Assembly: GCA_036339465.1 (NCBI GenBank)
Contig: JAYZAY010000059.1
Coordinates: 30,611 to 94,610, forward strand
Direction: 5' to 3'
Source of the DNA: Myxococcota bacterium
Lineage (GTDB): Bacteria; Myxococcota; XYA12-FULL-58-9; JABJBS01
Length of the DNA stretch: 64,000 nucleotides
The notes beneath the pieces are model-generated. The model saw nothing but the letters and a program-made list of their open reading frames with translations. It did no database searches and was not told where the DNA came from. Shown one piece after another: positions 50,428 to 61,028 of the stretch (position 1 is its first letter; every line of letters begins with the position of its first letter). The position numbers were made by a program, and so were the translations under genes.

Positions 50428-51548
50428 TCTTCTTCGTAAACTTTCAGACCAAGATTTTGGATGCTGTGATAGGCCACCACCAATTTTCCTTTAGGGCTAA
50501 TGGCGATGGCAATGTGGTCGCCCTCGGGGCCATACTGGTCGATGGTGGTTAGTTTGACGGTCTTTCCTTTTTTACGCAGCAAACGCAGAGGGCTTGGCTC
50601 GTTGTAGGCGGTGCTAAGATCCTCGTATGCTACAACAAGTTCTCCATCGGGGCTGACTGCGGCATCGAAGCTTAGGGCAAAGGGAATCAATGGGTTTTCG
50701 GTCACCCAACCTTCGGGTCCGAAGTGGGAGAGATGTATCTGTTTTTTTCGATTCACTGAATAGAGGAGCTTGATGCCGTCTGGAAGCATAAGGAGCTTGC
50801 TGGTCCAGCCGGGGCCGTTTTTTTCCGTTACGATACCTATTTTGAATTCCGACTTTGCATTGTCGCGAAGGCCCATGTGGAGGATTGTGTCCTTGAAGTT
50901 CCAATCGATAAAGCTGACCCAAAGTTTTTCGTGGTCAAAGAGGGCGCTGGTTTTGACGTAGTAACTGCCGGTGGATTCCATAAGGACGCTTTTAGACCAG
51001 GTGCCATCGACTTGTCGGGTGGCGTATACAAATTTTCCGCTTGGGAGATAATAGAAGGCTACGGGCTCTTTTTTGGGGTTAAAGAGAAGTGTGTTTCCCA
51101 TACCTGCTTCGATACCCCAGGCGACGTTCTCATGTTTCCAGACTTCATCTTCGATTTGATAGGAGTATTTTAGGTACTTCATGGTTTGGTCGTAGTAGAG
51201 GAGGGCGGCGCGATTGTTGGGATCGATGCTCAGGGATATATATTTTCCGACCGCACCAGCGGTGACGAGTGGTTTGGTAATCCAAGTCCCATTACTTTTG
51301 CGCTTTGCGTACATTAAGTTGCCATGGTAGACGTCACAATAGGCGAGATGAGGTTGCTCATCCTTGTCAAATTGAACTCGGGGCCACCATCCGGTTTTGC
51401 GGTCTTGCCCCAAGGCGTCAAGAATCGTGAGCTTTCCCGTGGCCTGTGTTGATTTGGGAAGCTCCGGATATTTTTCACAGGCGCTAAATAGACAGGTGCT
51501 AAAAATGAGGGTGAGCACCAAGGTGAGTCTTATTTTGATTGCAGGCAC
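50424..51548 (-). CDS. Lipoprotein with ~45-aa Trp-initiated repeats (beta-propeller-like)
   Basis: Lipobox LFSAC. At least five repeats beginning W(I/K/S/T/V)... (e.g. WITKPLVTAG, WKHENVAWGIE, WSKSVLMEST, WTSKLLMLPDG, WVTENPLIPFA). Confidence 0.45.
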   Translation of the reverse strand: MPAIKIRLTLVLTLIFSTCLFSACEKYPELPKSTQATGKLTILDALGQDRKTGWWPRVQFDKDEQPHLAYCDVYHGNLMYAKRKSNGTWITKPLVTAGAVGKYISLSIDPNNRAALLYYDQTMKYLKYSYQIEDEVWKHENVAWGIEAGMGNTLLFNPKKEPVAFYYLPSGKFVYATRQVDGTWSKSVLMESTGSYYVKTSALFDHEKLWVSFIDWNFKDTILHMGLRDNAKSEFKIGIVTEKNGPGWTSKLLMLPDGIKLLYSVNRKKQIHLSHFGPEGWVTENPLIPFALSFDAAVSPDGELVVAYEDLSTAYNEPSPLRLLRKKGKTVKLTTIDQYGPEGDHIAIAISPKGKLVVAYHSIQNLGLKVYEED

Positions 51549-51549
51549 G

Positions 51550-52548
51550 TTACGATTCCTCGCCGATTAATTTGAGAAGACCTTGTTCCATAACGAGGCT
51601 GGGGCTGAGTCGTGTAGACTTTAGGGTATAATCCATATCTCCGAGAACGGTCAGGGCTTTGAGGAGTTGGGTTTGTGAGTAGAATTTAACTTGCTGTAGT
51701 AGTGATTTGACGACGAAGGGTTGAACCCCCAATTCCCGAGGAAGTTCTCTTTGGGGGCAGGAATTCTCCAAAAGTGTGTGGGTGCTGAGGAGCAGTCGGA
51801 TTTGCCGCGCCATCATGACCACCAACATTAGGGCGTTGTCGCCAGCATCGAGCAGTTGAATCACCAGCTGGCTGGCTCGAGGAAGGTCTTTTTTACCAAG
51901 GGCATCTGTGAGTTCGAAGACATTATGAATTTTTGTGAGACGGAGGGCATCGGCGACGTCGGTCTCGGTAATTTCATGGCCCACCCCAACATATGTTTGG
52001 AGTTGGTCAAGGGTTTGATGCAGGGTGCCCACATTTGTGCCGATGCATTCCCCCAGAATTTGTGCGGCAGGCCCTCGAATTTGAACGTTATTCGCTTTGG
52101 CGTGAAGTAGGATCCAGCCGGTGACCTCTCGGCGGGTGGGAGGATTGGCTGAAAAAATGGCATTTTGCTTCTTAAGCCATTTTCCCAATTGACTTCGAAG
52201 GTCGAGTTTCTCACCCGATAAACAGAGATAGGTTGAGGGCGATGGAGAGGCGGCGTATTTCATCAAAACTTCTTGGTCGGCCTTGGGGAGGAGATGAATA
52301 TTTTCGAGTTGGATCCAGCGAAACCTCGCCATCATGGGGAGGGTTTGTGCGGCCTGAATCACGTCGGTGATTGCAGATTTTTTGGCCTGAAAAATAGTGG
52401 TATTAAAATCTTGCGCTGCGGGAACGGCCAAGTCGAGGCCTTGCTTGAGGTTGGATTGTAATAACCAGCTATCTGTACCTATCAACGCGAATAGAGACGG
52501 AGCTTGCTGGTTTTGGATGAGTTTGAGGAGTTCGTGACAGGGTTTCAT
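51550..52548 (-). CDS. holA: DNA polymerase III delta subunit
   Basis: ~330 aa. N-terminal LFALIGTDSWLLQ, clamp-loader delta-like helical C-domain. Position immediately downstream of lptE, the conserved lptE-holA pair. Confidence 0.7.
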   Translation of the reverse strand: MKPCHELLKLIQNQQAPSLFALIGTDSWLLQSNLKQGLDLAVPAAQDFNTTIFQAKKSAITDVIQAAQTLPMMARFRWIQLENIHLLPKADQEVLMKYAASPSPSTYLCLSGEKLDLRSQLGKWLKKQNAIFSANPPTRREVTGWILLHAKANNVQIRGPAAQILGECIGTNVGTLHQTLDQLQTYVGVGHEITETDVADALRLTKIHNVFELTDALGKKDLPRASQLVIQLLDAGDNALMLVVMMARQIRLLLSTHTLLENSCPQRELPRELGVQPFVVKSLLQQVKFYSQTQLLKALTVLGDMDYTLKSTRLSPSLVMEQGLLKLIGEES

Positions 52549-53102
52549 GGGTTTCCAGGCTTTCGTCCTTCGCGGTTTAGGGTGTCGATAACTCTCCGTG
52601 CTAGCACATGGTTCATACGGATCAAAGACCGTTGTCGTCCGGTTTCTGTATCGATAATGGGATCAACCTTAGAGCCTACGGCGCGCAAGAAGTCCTCGTT
52701 GGTGGTAAACGTTTTTTTCCAGAGGATTTTTCCGTCTTTTGTTTCTAGGGTGACTCGAACTTTCATATTGATGGTGTAGCTCTTAAATGAGCGATCGGCA
52801 TTGGCGAGAGAGGTGGCTCGGGTGTTGGAGTTAAGTATTTCACAGTGCAAAGTGCCGACCTGATCTGATGGACTGGATTTTGGGATTCCGATTCGGTTCA
52901 ACTCCCGTTGGAGTTCGAGGGTTAGGTGGGCGCTTGTCCCGACGATGGCTTTTTCTTTGACGGGGAGGACCTCGATGGCTTCCAAGCCGTGGGGTTTATG
53001 CTGGTATCCCCATTGATAGCTACAGGCAGACACACATAGAACCAAGGTGAGCACCAGTGTTCGTGCCGGAATCATTTTCAGCCGCAATTGTTTGTGAATC
53101 AT
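52545..53102 (-). CDS. lptE: LPS-assembly lipoprotein LptE
   Basis: Lipobox LCVSAC. ~170-aa protein directly upstream of holA, the conserved leuS-lptE-holA synteny. The fit to LptE is moderate. Confidence 0.6.
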   Translation of the reverse strand: MIHKQLRLKMIPARTLVLTLVLCVSACSYQWGYQHKPHGLEAIEVLPVKEKAIVGTSAHLTLELQRELNRIGIPKSSPSDQVGTLHCEILNSNTRATSLANADRSFKSYTINMKVRVTLETKDGKILWKKTFTTNEDFLRAVGSKVDPIIDTETGRQRSLIRMNHVLARRVIDTLNREGRKPGNP

Positions 53103-53662
53103 GAGCGATTTGTTTCGGTGAGAGGGCTGGTTTGGTTTGGGGTGACCTCTTCATTGACGAGTTTTGAGAGTGAGCGAAAGACTTCATTTTCTAGCAAATG
53201 TCTTTGGCGGGGGGTGGTATTGATGAATTTGAATCCGATCCGATTCATTTCAGGGGCATGCCAGATAAGTTTGGCTTGAAGCTCTAGGGTTTGTGGCACA
53301 AAGAGTTGATGCCACCGTAGGTGTTGGAGTTTGAATTCTAGATTTGAGATTGCCTTGGGCTGGAGATCCGTATCGTATAGAATACACGCGCCGGCCATAC
53401 AAATATCCCGAATGGCGATGGGATGGCATTTGTCTTCGTCTCTTAATTGACCGGATCTCTTGACTGGTATCCGGATATATTGCCGGTTTTCAAACGCAGG
53501 CTGCTTCACATCATATAAATAGGTGATAAACTCGAGATAAAGTTCATGCCAGCGTGCATTTTCCGGCGGGACTAATCTTGTTTGCGCGTTTTTACGCTCA
53601 AGACAGCGCAATTCTTGGAGGGACTTTCTTCGGTCGGCACTGGTGATTTCAGGTGTATCCAT
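53099..53662 (-). CDS. PilZ-like domain protein
   Basis: RQYIRIPVKR (RxxxR-like) and IRDICMAGACIL (DxSxxG-like) motifs, with a C-terminal IGFKFI. 187 aa. Its stop overlaps the lptE start. Confidence 0.45.
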   Translation of the reverse strand: MDTPEITSADRRKSLQELRCLERKNAQTRLVPPENARWHELYLEFITYLYDVKQPAFENRQYIRIPVKRSGQLRDEDKCHPIAIRDICMAGACILYDTDLQPKAISNLEFKLQHLRWHQLFVPQTLELQAKLIWHAPEMNRIGFKFINTTPRQRHLLENEVFRSLSKLVNEEVTPNQTSPLTETNRS

Positions 53663-53702
53663 CTAGCCCTTGGATCGGCTTCGAGCCTCACAGACTTTTG
53701 CC

Positions 53703-54938
53703 TTATTTCGTTTTACTTTGGTTGAGAATCACACCATGGGCTTTTAGTCTCATGGCGTTGATTCGAATAAATCCTCGGGAGTCAGTTTGGTCGAATCCAC
53801 CGGCGATGTCCATACTGGAAAGGTCCTGATTGTAAAGACTGCTTGGAGATTGTCGCGCTACCGCCATGGCTGAGCCCTTGTAGAGGTTGAGGGTTACCAC
53901 GCCGTCGATGAGCTCGCTACTTTTGGCAATCGCGGCTTGGAGGAAGTCCATTTCGGGGCTGAACCAGAATCCATTGTAAATGATTTCAGCCAGTTTCGGA
54001 GCGAACATATCTCTTAGCCGCAGAACTTCTGCATCCATGGCGATGCCTTCGATATCTCGACGGGCGATATGGAGAATGGTGCCTCCGGGGGTTTCGTAGA
54101 TGCCTCGGCTTTTGATACCGATGAAGCGGTTTTCGACAATGTCAATTCGGCCGATGCCATGCTTTCGGCCCAGTTCGTTTAGAAAGAGAAAGAGGGGGAG
54201 TGGGTCTGTTTCTACGCGGCCGCTTTCCTGGCTTTTGACCCGAATTGGGATACCATCCTTGAACTCAATTTCGATGGTTTCTACTTTATCCGGTGCCTTG
54301 GTTGGGTTGGTGCACACGGTGAAGATAGCATCATCGGCGATGTGATTTGGATCTTCGAGGAGTCCCGATTCATAGCTTTTATGCATCAGGTTTTCGTCGG
54401 TGCTGTAGGGTTTTTTCAGGGTGACGGGGATATGGATGCCGTGTTCTTCGGCGAAATTAATGAGGTCGGTCCGACCCTGGAATTTATCGAGGAATTCTTG
54501 GTCTTTCCAGGGGGCATAGACTTCGAGATCGGGGGCGAGGGCCGCGTAGCCCAACTCAAATCGAATTTGGTCGTTTCCTTTGCCTGTAGCGCCGTGGGAA
54601 ACATGTGTCGCGTTGTATTCCCGGGCGACTTCTACCTGAGCCTTGGTGATAATCGGACGGGCGAGGGCAGTTCCCAAGAGATAACGGTTTTCATAAATCG
54701 CATTGCCGGCGATGGAAGGGTAGATATAGTCTTCCACAAACTCGCGCTGGACGTTACGAAGCACCACAGCATCGGCGCCGGTGATTTCGGCGTTGCGTTT
54801 GACTTGCTCGAAATCCTCCTCTTGTCCCACGTCGGCAATGAAGGCGATGACGCGGAAATCCTTGAGCTTTAGCCACTTAAGGATACAGCTTGTATCAAGG
54901 CCACCCGAATAGGCTAAGACAATGGTTTTTTCAGTCAT
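53703..54938 (-). CDS. argG: Argininosuccinate synthase
   Basis: [11 protein letters not shown]-loop, conserved [14 protein letters not shown] and [19 protein letters not shown] blocks. Confidence 0.95.
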   Translation of the reverse strand: MTEKTIVLAYSGGLDTSCILKWLKLKDFRVIAFIADVGQEEDFEQVKRNAEITGADAVVLRNVQREFVEDYIYPSIAGNAIYENRYLLGTALARPIITKAQVEVAREYNATHVSHGATGKGNDQIRFELGYAALAPDLEVYAPWKDQEFLDKFQGRTDLINFAEEHGIHIPVTLKKPYSTDENLMHKSYESGLLEDPNHIADDAIFTVCTNPTKAPDKVETIEIEFKDGIPIRVKSQESGRVETDPLPLFLFLNELGRKHGIGRIDIVENRFIGIKSRGIYETPGGTILHIARRDIEGIAMDAEVLRLRDMFAPKLAEIIYNGFWFSPEMDFLQAAIAKSSELIDGVVTLNLYKGSAMAVARQSPSSLYNQDLSSMDIAGGFDQTDSRGFIRINAMRLKAHGVILNQSKTK

Positions 54939-55146
54939 GGGTAGAGACCTCCGGTGCTAAGTCATCATTACATTTCGAAAGGGCTTCATCTCTGACCTGG
55001 TCCGTCTCCGTCAAGTAAAAGTTTCTAAATCATTGATTTACCTCGATGAGTTGACGGGCAAACATGGGGGAATTCAAGTGTTCGATGGACTCTCTTTTCG
55101 TGGCTTGCCCCTTGATGATGTTGCGCTGGGTGATTACTAGAGACTT

Positions 55147-55842
55147 ATGAAAAAGAGCGACAAAGCAGCCAAGATTGTTGATATCCTGCAGGAAAAGTTT
55201 CCCGAGCCCCCCATTCCCCTGAATCACGAGGATGCCTTCACCCTTTTGGTGGCGGTTTTATTGTCTGCCCAATGCACCGACGAGCGCGTGAATAGGGTGA
55301 CACCGGGGCTTTTTCGGTTGGCCAATCATCCCAAGGCCATGGCTGAGATATCCGAGGGGGAAATCCTCTCCGCTATTCAGTCCTGTGGTTTGGCGCCCAC
55401 CAAAGCAAAGAATATCAAGAAGCTCTCCATCACGTTGGCGAAGGAGTACGGTGGGGTGGTGCCAAAAAACATGGCCATCTTGGAAAGCCTTCCGGGGGTT
55501 GGTCATAAGACGGCGTCGGTGGTTATGAGTCAGGCTTTTGGGGTGCCTTCTTTTCCGGTGGATACTCACATTTTTCGATTGGCCCGGCGTTGGGGGCTGT
55601 CTCGGGGTAGGAATGTGGACCAGGTGGAAGTGGACTTGAAAAAGACATTCGTTGAGGATTTGTGGAATGACCTGCACCTACAAATTATCTATTTCGGTCG
55701 AAAGTATTGTCCGGCCCGTGGTCATGTCCCTGAGGACTGCCCGATTTGCTCTTGGGCGGGGGTGAAAACGATTTTGGCCGAAGAGGCGAAAAAATCGAAG
55801 CGTCCGAAAAAGGCTAAGAGCCGAGAAGTTCACGCGTCTTAG
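55147..55842 (+). CDS. nth: Endonuclease III (HhH-GPD, 4Fe-4S) with Lys-rich C-terminal tail
   Basis: HhH LPGVGHKTASVV, catalytic Lys/Asp region, FeS Cys cluster C-x6-C-x2-C-x5-C (CPARGHVPEDCPICSW). Tail KKSKRPKKAKSREVHAS. Confidence 0.92.
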   Translation: MKKSDKAAKIVDILQEKFPEPPIPLNHEDAFTLLVAVLLSAQCTDERVNRVTPGLFRLANHPKAMAEISEGEILSAIQSCGLAPTKAKNIKKLSITLAKEYGGVVPKNMAILESLPGVGHKTASVVMSQAFGVPSFPVDTHIFRLARRWGLSRGRNVDQVEVDLKKTFVEDLWNDLHLQIIYFGRKYCPARGHVPEDCPICSWAGVKTILAEEAKKSKRPKKAKSREVHAS

Positions 55843-55862
55843 GGCGTGATGGTGCATTTGGT

Positions 55863-56855
55863 ATGCCTTCCCCACTGATTCGAAGAGCGATTTCAATTTT
55901 CACTGTGGTCACCGCTTTTGGGGTGATCCTCATGACGGGGCCCCTGTTGCTTTTGATAGCGGTGGGTGTGGATTTTCTCATGAATCGGGAAAAATTTCCC
56001 CGAAGCCGGTTTGTGGTGTTCATCGCTTGGTTTCTTTTTTGCGAGTTGGGGGGAGTGGTGTGTGCTTTGGTGATTGGCGGACTTTGCTTTTTTCCAGGGA
56101 CCTCAGAAAAGACGTACGTCGCGTGGAATTTAGCTTTGCAGCGATGGTGGTCTGGTTCAATATTCTCTGGGTTGAAACGTATTTTTTCGCTCAAGATGGA
56201 GGTTGAAGGGGTGGAGGCGACAGCCGAGGGGCCCCTGGTTGTGCTGACCCGCCATGTGAGCAGCGCCGACAGTCTTTTGCCTTCGGCACTGGTCGCCAAT
56301 CGCTATCACCATAATCTCAGATTCGTCATGAAGGAAAGCCTACAATGGGACCCATGTTTGGATATTGTGGGAAACCGATTGCCCAATGCCTTCATTCCCA
56401 GGAATACGAGAGGCTCCCCTCAAGCCCTGCGCGCCATTGAAAAGGTGGGAATGGATCTCGACTCCTCATCGGGCGTGGTGATTTTTCCCGAAGGCACGAG
56501 ATTCACGCGGAGTAAGCTTGAGGTCTTGCGGACAACTTACACCAAGGGTTCCGGGCGGGCCGATCCCCATCTCTATGAACACGTGTTGCCGCCAAAGTTT
56601 GGAGGTACGGTGGCTCTATTGAAGACCGCCATTGACGCGGATATTGTTTTTTGCGCCCACACTGGTTTGGAGGCGGTGGGCAATATTTGGGATTTGGTCT
56701 GTGGTGATTTGATTCATCGTACCATTCGTATCCGTTTCTGGCGCGTCTCCCGGGCTGAGGTACCTGTGGATGAAGAGGCGCTCCTAAATTGGTTGGTGCA
56801 ATCTTGGAAAACGCTCGATAGGGCTGTGGGGCACTTGCTGAGCCTGGGGGAATAA
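55863..56855 (+). CDS. Membrane-bound PlsC-family (lysophospholipid) acyltransferase
   Basis: Three N-terminal TM helices, then the HX4D acyltransferase motif (TRHVSSADSLL) and a downstream FPEGTRF motif. Confidence 0.7.
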   Translation: MPSPLIRRAISIFTVVTAFGVILMTGPLLLLIAVGVDFLMNREKFPRSRFVVFIAWFLFCELGGVVCALVIGGLCFFPGTSEKTYVAWNLALQRWWSGSIFSGLKRIFSLKMEVEGVEATAEGPLVVLTRHVSSADSLLPSALVANRYHHNLRFVMKESLQWDPCLDIVGNRLPNAFIPRNTRGSPQALRAIEKVGMDLDSSSGVVIFPEGTRFTRSKLEVLRTTYTKGSGRADPHLYEHVLPPKFGGTVALLKTAIDADIVFCAHTGLEAVGNIWDLVCGDLIHRTIRIRFWRVSRAEVPVDEEALLNWLVQSWKTLDRAVGHLLSLGE

Positions 56856-56872
56856 AGTTAAGTGAAGAAGAC

Positions 56873-57691
56873 ATGGATATAACTGCGATGATTGAAAATA
56901 TGAACGCTGTGTGGGAGCAGGCCGCGGGGCCGGCAGGCATGTGGGTGCTCGGTAGTATGACGCTTCTCTGGCTGGTTAGTTTGCCCCTGCGGGACGCGAG
57001 CATTGCCGATCTTTATTGGGGATTTGGGTATTGCATGGTGGCGGCTTTGGGGCTCCATGCTTTGGAGCAACCTCTTTTTCGGCATTGGGTTCTTGTGGCT
57101 TTGGTGGTGATTTGGGGTATGCGACTTAGCCTCTATTTAGCGATTCGCAATATCGGCCACGGTGAGGATTTTAGGTATCGGGCTTTTCGGCGTCATTGGG
57201 GGGATAAATATCCTTTCGTGAGTTTTCTCCAGACCTTCATGCTTCAGGGTTGTTTGGTCCTTATTATTTCGTTACCGGTACAAGCTGGCCTTGTTTCCAC
57301 CGCTCCGGGATTTGGACTGGTTTCCATATTGGGCTGTGTGGTGTGGGGCATTGGTTTTTTCTTTGAAGCTGTGGGCGACGCTCAACTTCGGGCTTTTAAG
57401 AAAGACCCCACCAACAAAGGCAAAATCATGCGTACGGGGTTGTGGCGCTACACCCGCCACCCCAACTATTTTGGCGATACCTGCATTTGGTATGGGGTTT
57501 ATTTGGTGGCCTGTGGTGGCGGCGGAGCGTGGTGGACTTTGCCAGGACCTTTTCTGATGATGTTCTTTCTTTTGCGGGTCTCAGGGGTGCCCATGCTTGA
57601 GCATACCATGTCGAAACGGCCTGGCTACGATGATTATGTAGCGACCACCAGCGTATTTTTCCCCTTACCGCCCAAGAAGGTCACCCAATAG
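56873..57691 (+). CDS. DUF1295 / ICMT-PEMT-like membrane methyltransferase-reductase family protein
   Basis: Polytopic membrane protein. C-terminal signature GLWRYTRHPNYFGD...LLRVSGVPMLE typical of the isoprenylcysteine carboxyl methyltransferase / steroid 5-alpha-reductase-like (DUF1295) superfamily. Confidence 0.65.
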   Translation: MDITAMIENMNAVWEQAAGPAGMWVLGSMTLLWLVSLPLRDASIADLYWGFGYCMVAALGLHALEQPLFRHWVLVALVVIWGMRLSLYLAIRNIGHGEDFRYRAFRRHWGDKYPFVSFLQTFMLQGCLVLIISLPVQAGLVSTAPGFGLVSILGCVVWGIGFFFEAVGDAQLRAFKKDPTNKGKIMRTGLWRYTRHPNYFGDTCIWYGVYLVACGGGGAWWTLPGPFLMMFFLLRVSGVPMLEHTMSKRPGYDDYVATTSVFFPLPPKKVTQ

Positions 57692-57805
57692 GAAGTGATC
57701 GATTCCCTGCTTGCTTATATTGGGATGCCCAAATAAACCAAGGCTGCGTAAAACCACAATCCATTCTAGGATTGAGCTGATATAGCTTAGGAAGGTATAA
57801 AAACG

Positions 57806-58768
57806 TTGACCATCCGATTTGCACAGATTGAGCCCACCACACGGTGCAATTTCACCTGTGGATTTTGTACTGGCCGAAAGATGTCCCAAGGAGATCTCTC
57901 CCTTGATAGTTTCCGAAGGATTCTCGAGTTGCACCCTCAATTAGAGCATATCGAACTTCAGGGGGAGGGGGAGCCTCTTCTCAACAAGAACTTTGTTCAG
58001 ATGCTTGAACTGGCCCGAGAAAGAAATATCCGTGTTTCTCTGATCACCAACGGAAGTTTACTAACCACCGAAATGATTGATGCGATCCTACGCCTCGAAG
58101 TGATGAGCATTCATTGTTCAATGGAGTCGGCGGAGCCTCGAATGTTTCGAGAGATCAGAGGAGGTAAACTGGAAAAAGTAAGAAAGGGTCTCATGTTGCT
58201 CGTCAAGGAGCGAAATAAGAGAGGTCTTAAGTTTCCAACCATTGGGCTTGCCGTTACGGTTCTACGAAAAACAGTTGATGCTATGCCGGGTATGATTGAG
58301 CTTTATGGTGAGATGGGCCTCGATGCGGGGATCTTTGTCCAGCCCTTACAAAAGATGGCTGTCTACACACGTGCCTATGATGAGGATATGAAACGCCAGC
58401 TTCTCAGCCACGAGGATTTACACGCCTACAACAATACCTTGCGCGGAATGGATGGGTTGCAATCAATCCTCAGAAACAAGAAAAATATTTCGTCGTTTTA
58501 TCGTGCCTTGGGCAAAAGTATCCAGCCCGGTGAGTCGGGGTGCCCATGGCTTTTGCACGGTACCTATATCAATTACGCTGGCGACGTGATGCCTTGCTGC
58601 ACCATCAAGGATACGACGCTGTCTGGTTTGGGCCATATTCGTAACACGCCGCTTTCAAAACTCGACGAAGGCCGCAGAAAAATGAATCAACAGATTGTTG
58701 AAGGGGCTATCCCGATGGCTTGTGAAGGATGCGGAATTGCAAATAAATTCCAGCGAAAAAAAACATAA
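57806..58768 (+). CDS. Radical SAM protein with C-terminal SPASM/twitch-like Cys cluster
   Basis: TTG start. CxxxCxxC (TTRCNFTCGFCTGR), GGEPLL, and C-terminal CPW...MPCCT...CEGCGI. 320 aa. Confidence 0.8.
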   Translation: MTIRFAQIEPTTRCNFTCGFCTGRKMSQGDLSLDSFRRILELHPQLEHIELQGEGEPLLNKNFVQMLELARERNIRVSLITNGSLLTTEMIDAILRLEVMSIHCSMESAEPRMFREIRGGKLEKVRKGLMLLVKERNKRGLKFPTIGLAVTVLRKTVDAMPGMIELYGEMGLDAGIFVQPLQKMAVYTRAYDEDMKRQLLSHEDLHAYNNTLRGMDGLQSILRNKKNISSFYRALGKSIQPGESGCPWLLHGTYINYAGDVMPCCTIKDTTLSGLGHIRNTPLSKLDEGRRKMNQQIVEGAIPMACEGCGIANKFQRKKT

Positions 58769-58801
58769 AGAAGTAACCGACCATGGCAATAGCAATCTTT
58801 G

Positions 58802-59749
58802 TCAGTGTATCCCCATGGGCACCCACCCTGGGGCGGGCAGCCTAAAGGTCGCAATTTTCCCTCTTGGATATTCCAAACTCAAACACCAGGCGTGAAGGCA
58901 GAGTTTGTGTTTGCCCGTGACCATTTCAGGAGCATCGTTGGCCTCCAACCCATAACCTGTGTCCCCCACGATTGGATGGCCCACGTGATTGGCGTGGATT
59001 CGGATTTGATTGGTACGGCCTGTGACTGGTTGCGCCATCAAGATGGACTCGTTTTTGGGTAGGGATGCTACCCAGGTGAAGTGGGTTAGGGCTTCCACCC
59101 CAAACCTCTCCGACACCTCTCGCCGTCCGTGTTTGCCTGGTTTGTTCTCGATGCGGGCGTCCACCGAAAAGCGCAGTGCTTGGGGATACCCTCGTACTTT
59201 TAGTAAATAGGCTTTTTTCACCGCTCGGCGTTGAAATTGTCCCTGGATGAAGCGGGCCGTTTCTTTGTCTTTGGTCAATACCTGAATGCCGCTGGTATCG
59301 GCATCCAAGCGGTGGGCCGGCAGGAATTTCTCTCCAGGGCAGACAGCTTCCAAGAGTCGCACCAGGGTGTGTTTCTCGAATCTGCCACTGGGGTGGACTG
59401 GCAAGGGCGCTGGTTTGGCGACCACGACCACCCTTTCGTCTTCGAAGAGCACCCGAATGTCTGGCGAGATGAGTGGCTCGGTTATTTGGCGTTTGGTGTA
59501 GTAGACGATGGCTCCGGCGCCGATGGGGGTATCCAAGGCGCATTTCCGGTGATCGACCTCCAGGTCTCCGGCGGCATAGGCTTCTACCCAGCGTTCGTTT
59601 GGTATGTGGGGGCAGAGGGCCTGCAAGCAGGTGAGCACCGTTTTCCCGTGGAGTCGACCTGGCACTCGAATCATACGGGTGCCATCGTGGGCTGTGGCTC
59701 CGGGTTGGGTCTGGGCTAAGGCCCGAACTTTGGCTTCCAGTTCGCTCAT
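58802..59749 (-). CDS. RluA-family pseudouridine synthase
   Basis: Catalytic motif HRLDADTSGIQVLTKD. S4-like N-terminus. ~315 aa. Confidence 0.8.
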   Translation of the reverse strand: MSELEAKVRALAQTQPGATAHDGTRMIRVPGRLHGKTVLTCLQALCPHIPNERWVEAYAAGDLEVDHRKCALDTPIGAGAIVYYTKRQITEPLISPDIRVLFEDERVVVVAKPAPLPVHPSGRFEKHTLVRLLEAVCPGEKFLPAHRLDADTSGIQVLTKDKETARFIQGQFQRRAVKKAYLLKVRGYPQALRFSVDARIENKPGKHGRREVSERFGVEALTHFTWVASLPKNESILMAQPVTGRTNQIRIHANHVGHPIVGDTGYGLEANDAPEMVTGKHKLCLHAWCLSLEYPRGKIATFRLPAPGWVPMGIH

Positions 59750-59773
59750 CCCTCTCGCCTAGCTGAGTGATAG

Positions 59774-60988
<1,215 letters not shown>

Positions 60989-61028
60989 GCGTAGACAGTC
61001 ATTCATACGTCGGCACCGAGACGTCATT

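Noticed and set aside
55814-57003. 161-aa and 166-aa minus-strand ORFs
   Set aside because: They overlap the nth 3' end and the acyltransferase gene, which both have clear motifs. Their biased Pro/Arg/Ser composition is typical of antisense frames.
58926-59719. Two long overlapping ORFs (205 aa on - strand, 162 aa on + strand)
   Set aside because: Both sit inside the RluA-family pseudouridine synthase gene, which has a clear catalytic motif. The alternatives have Arg/Gly-rich, high-GC-artefact composition.
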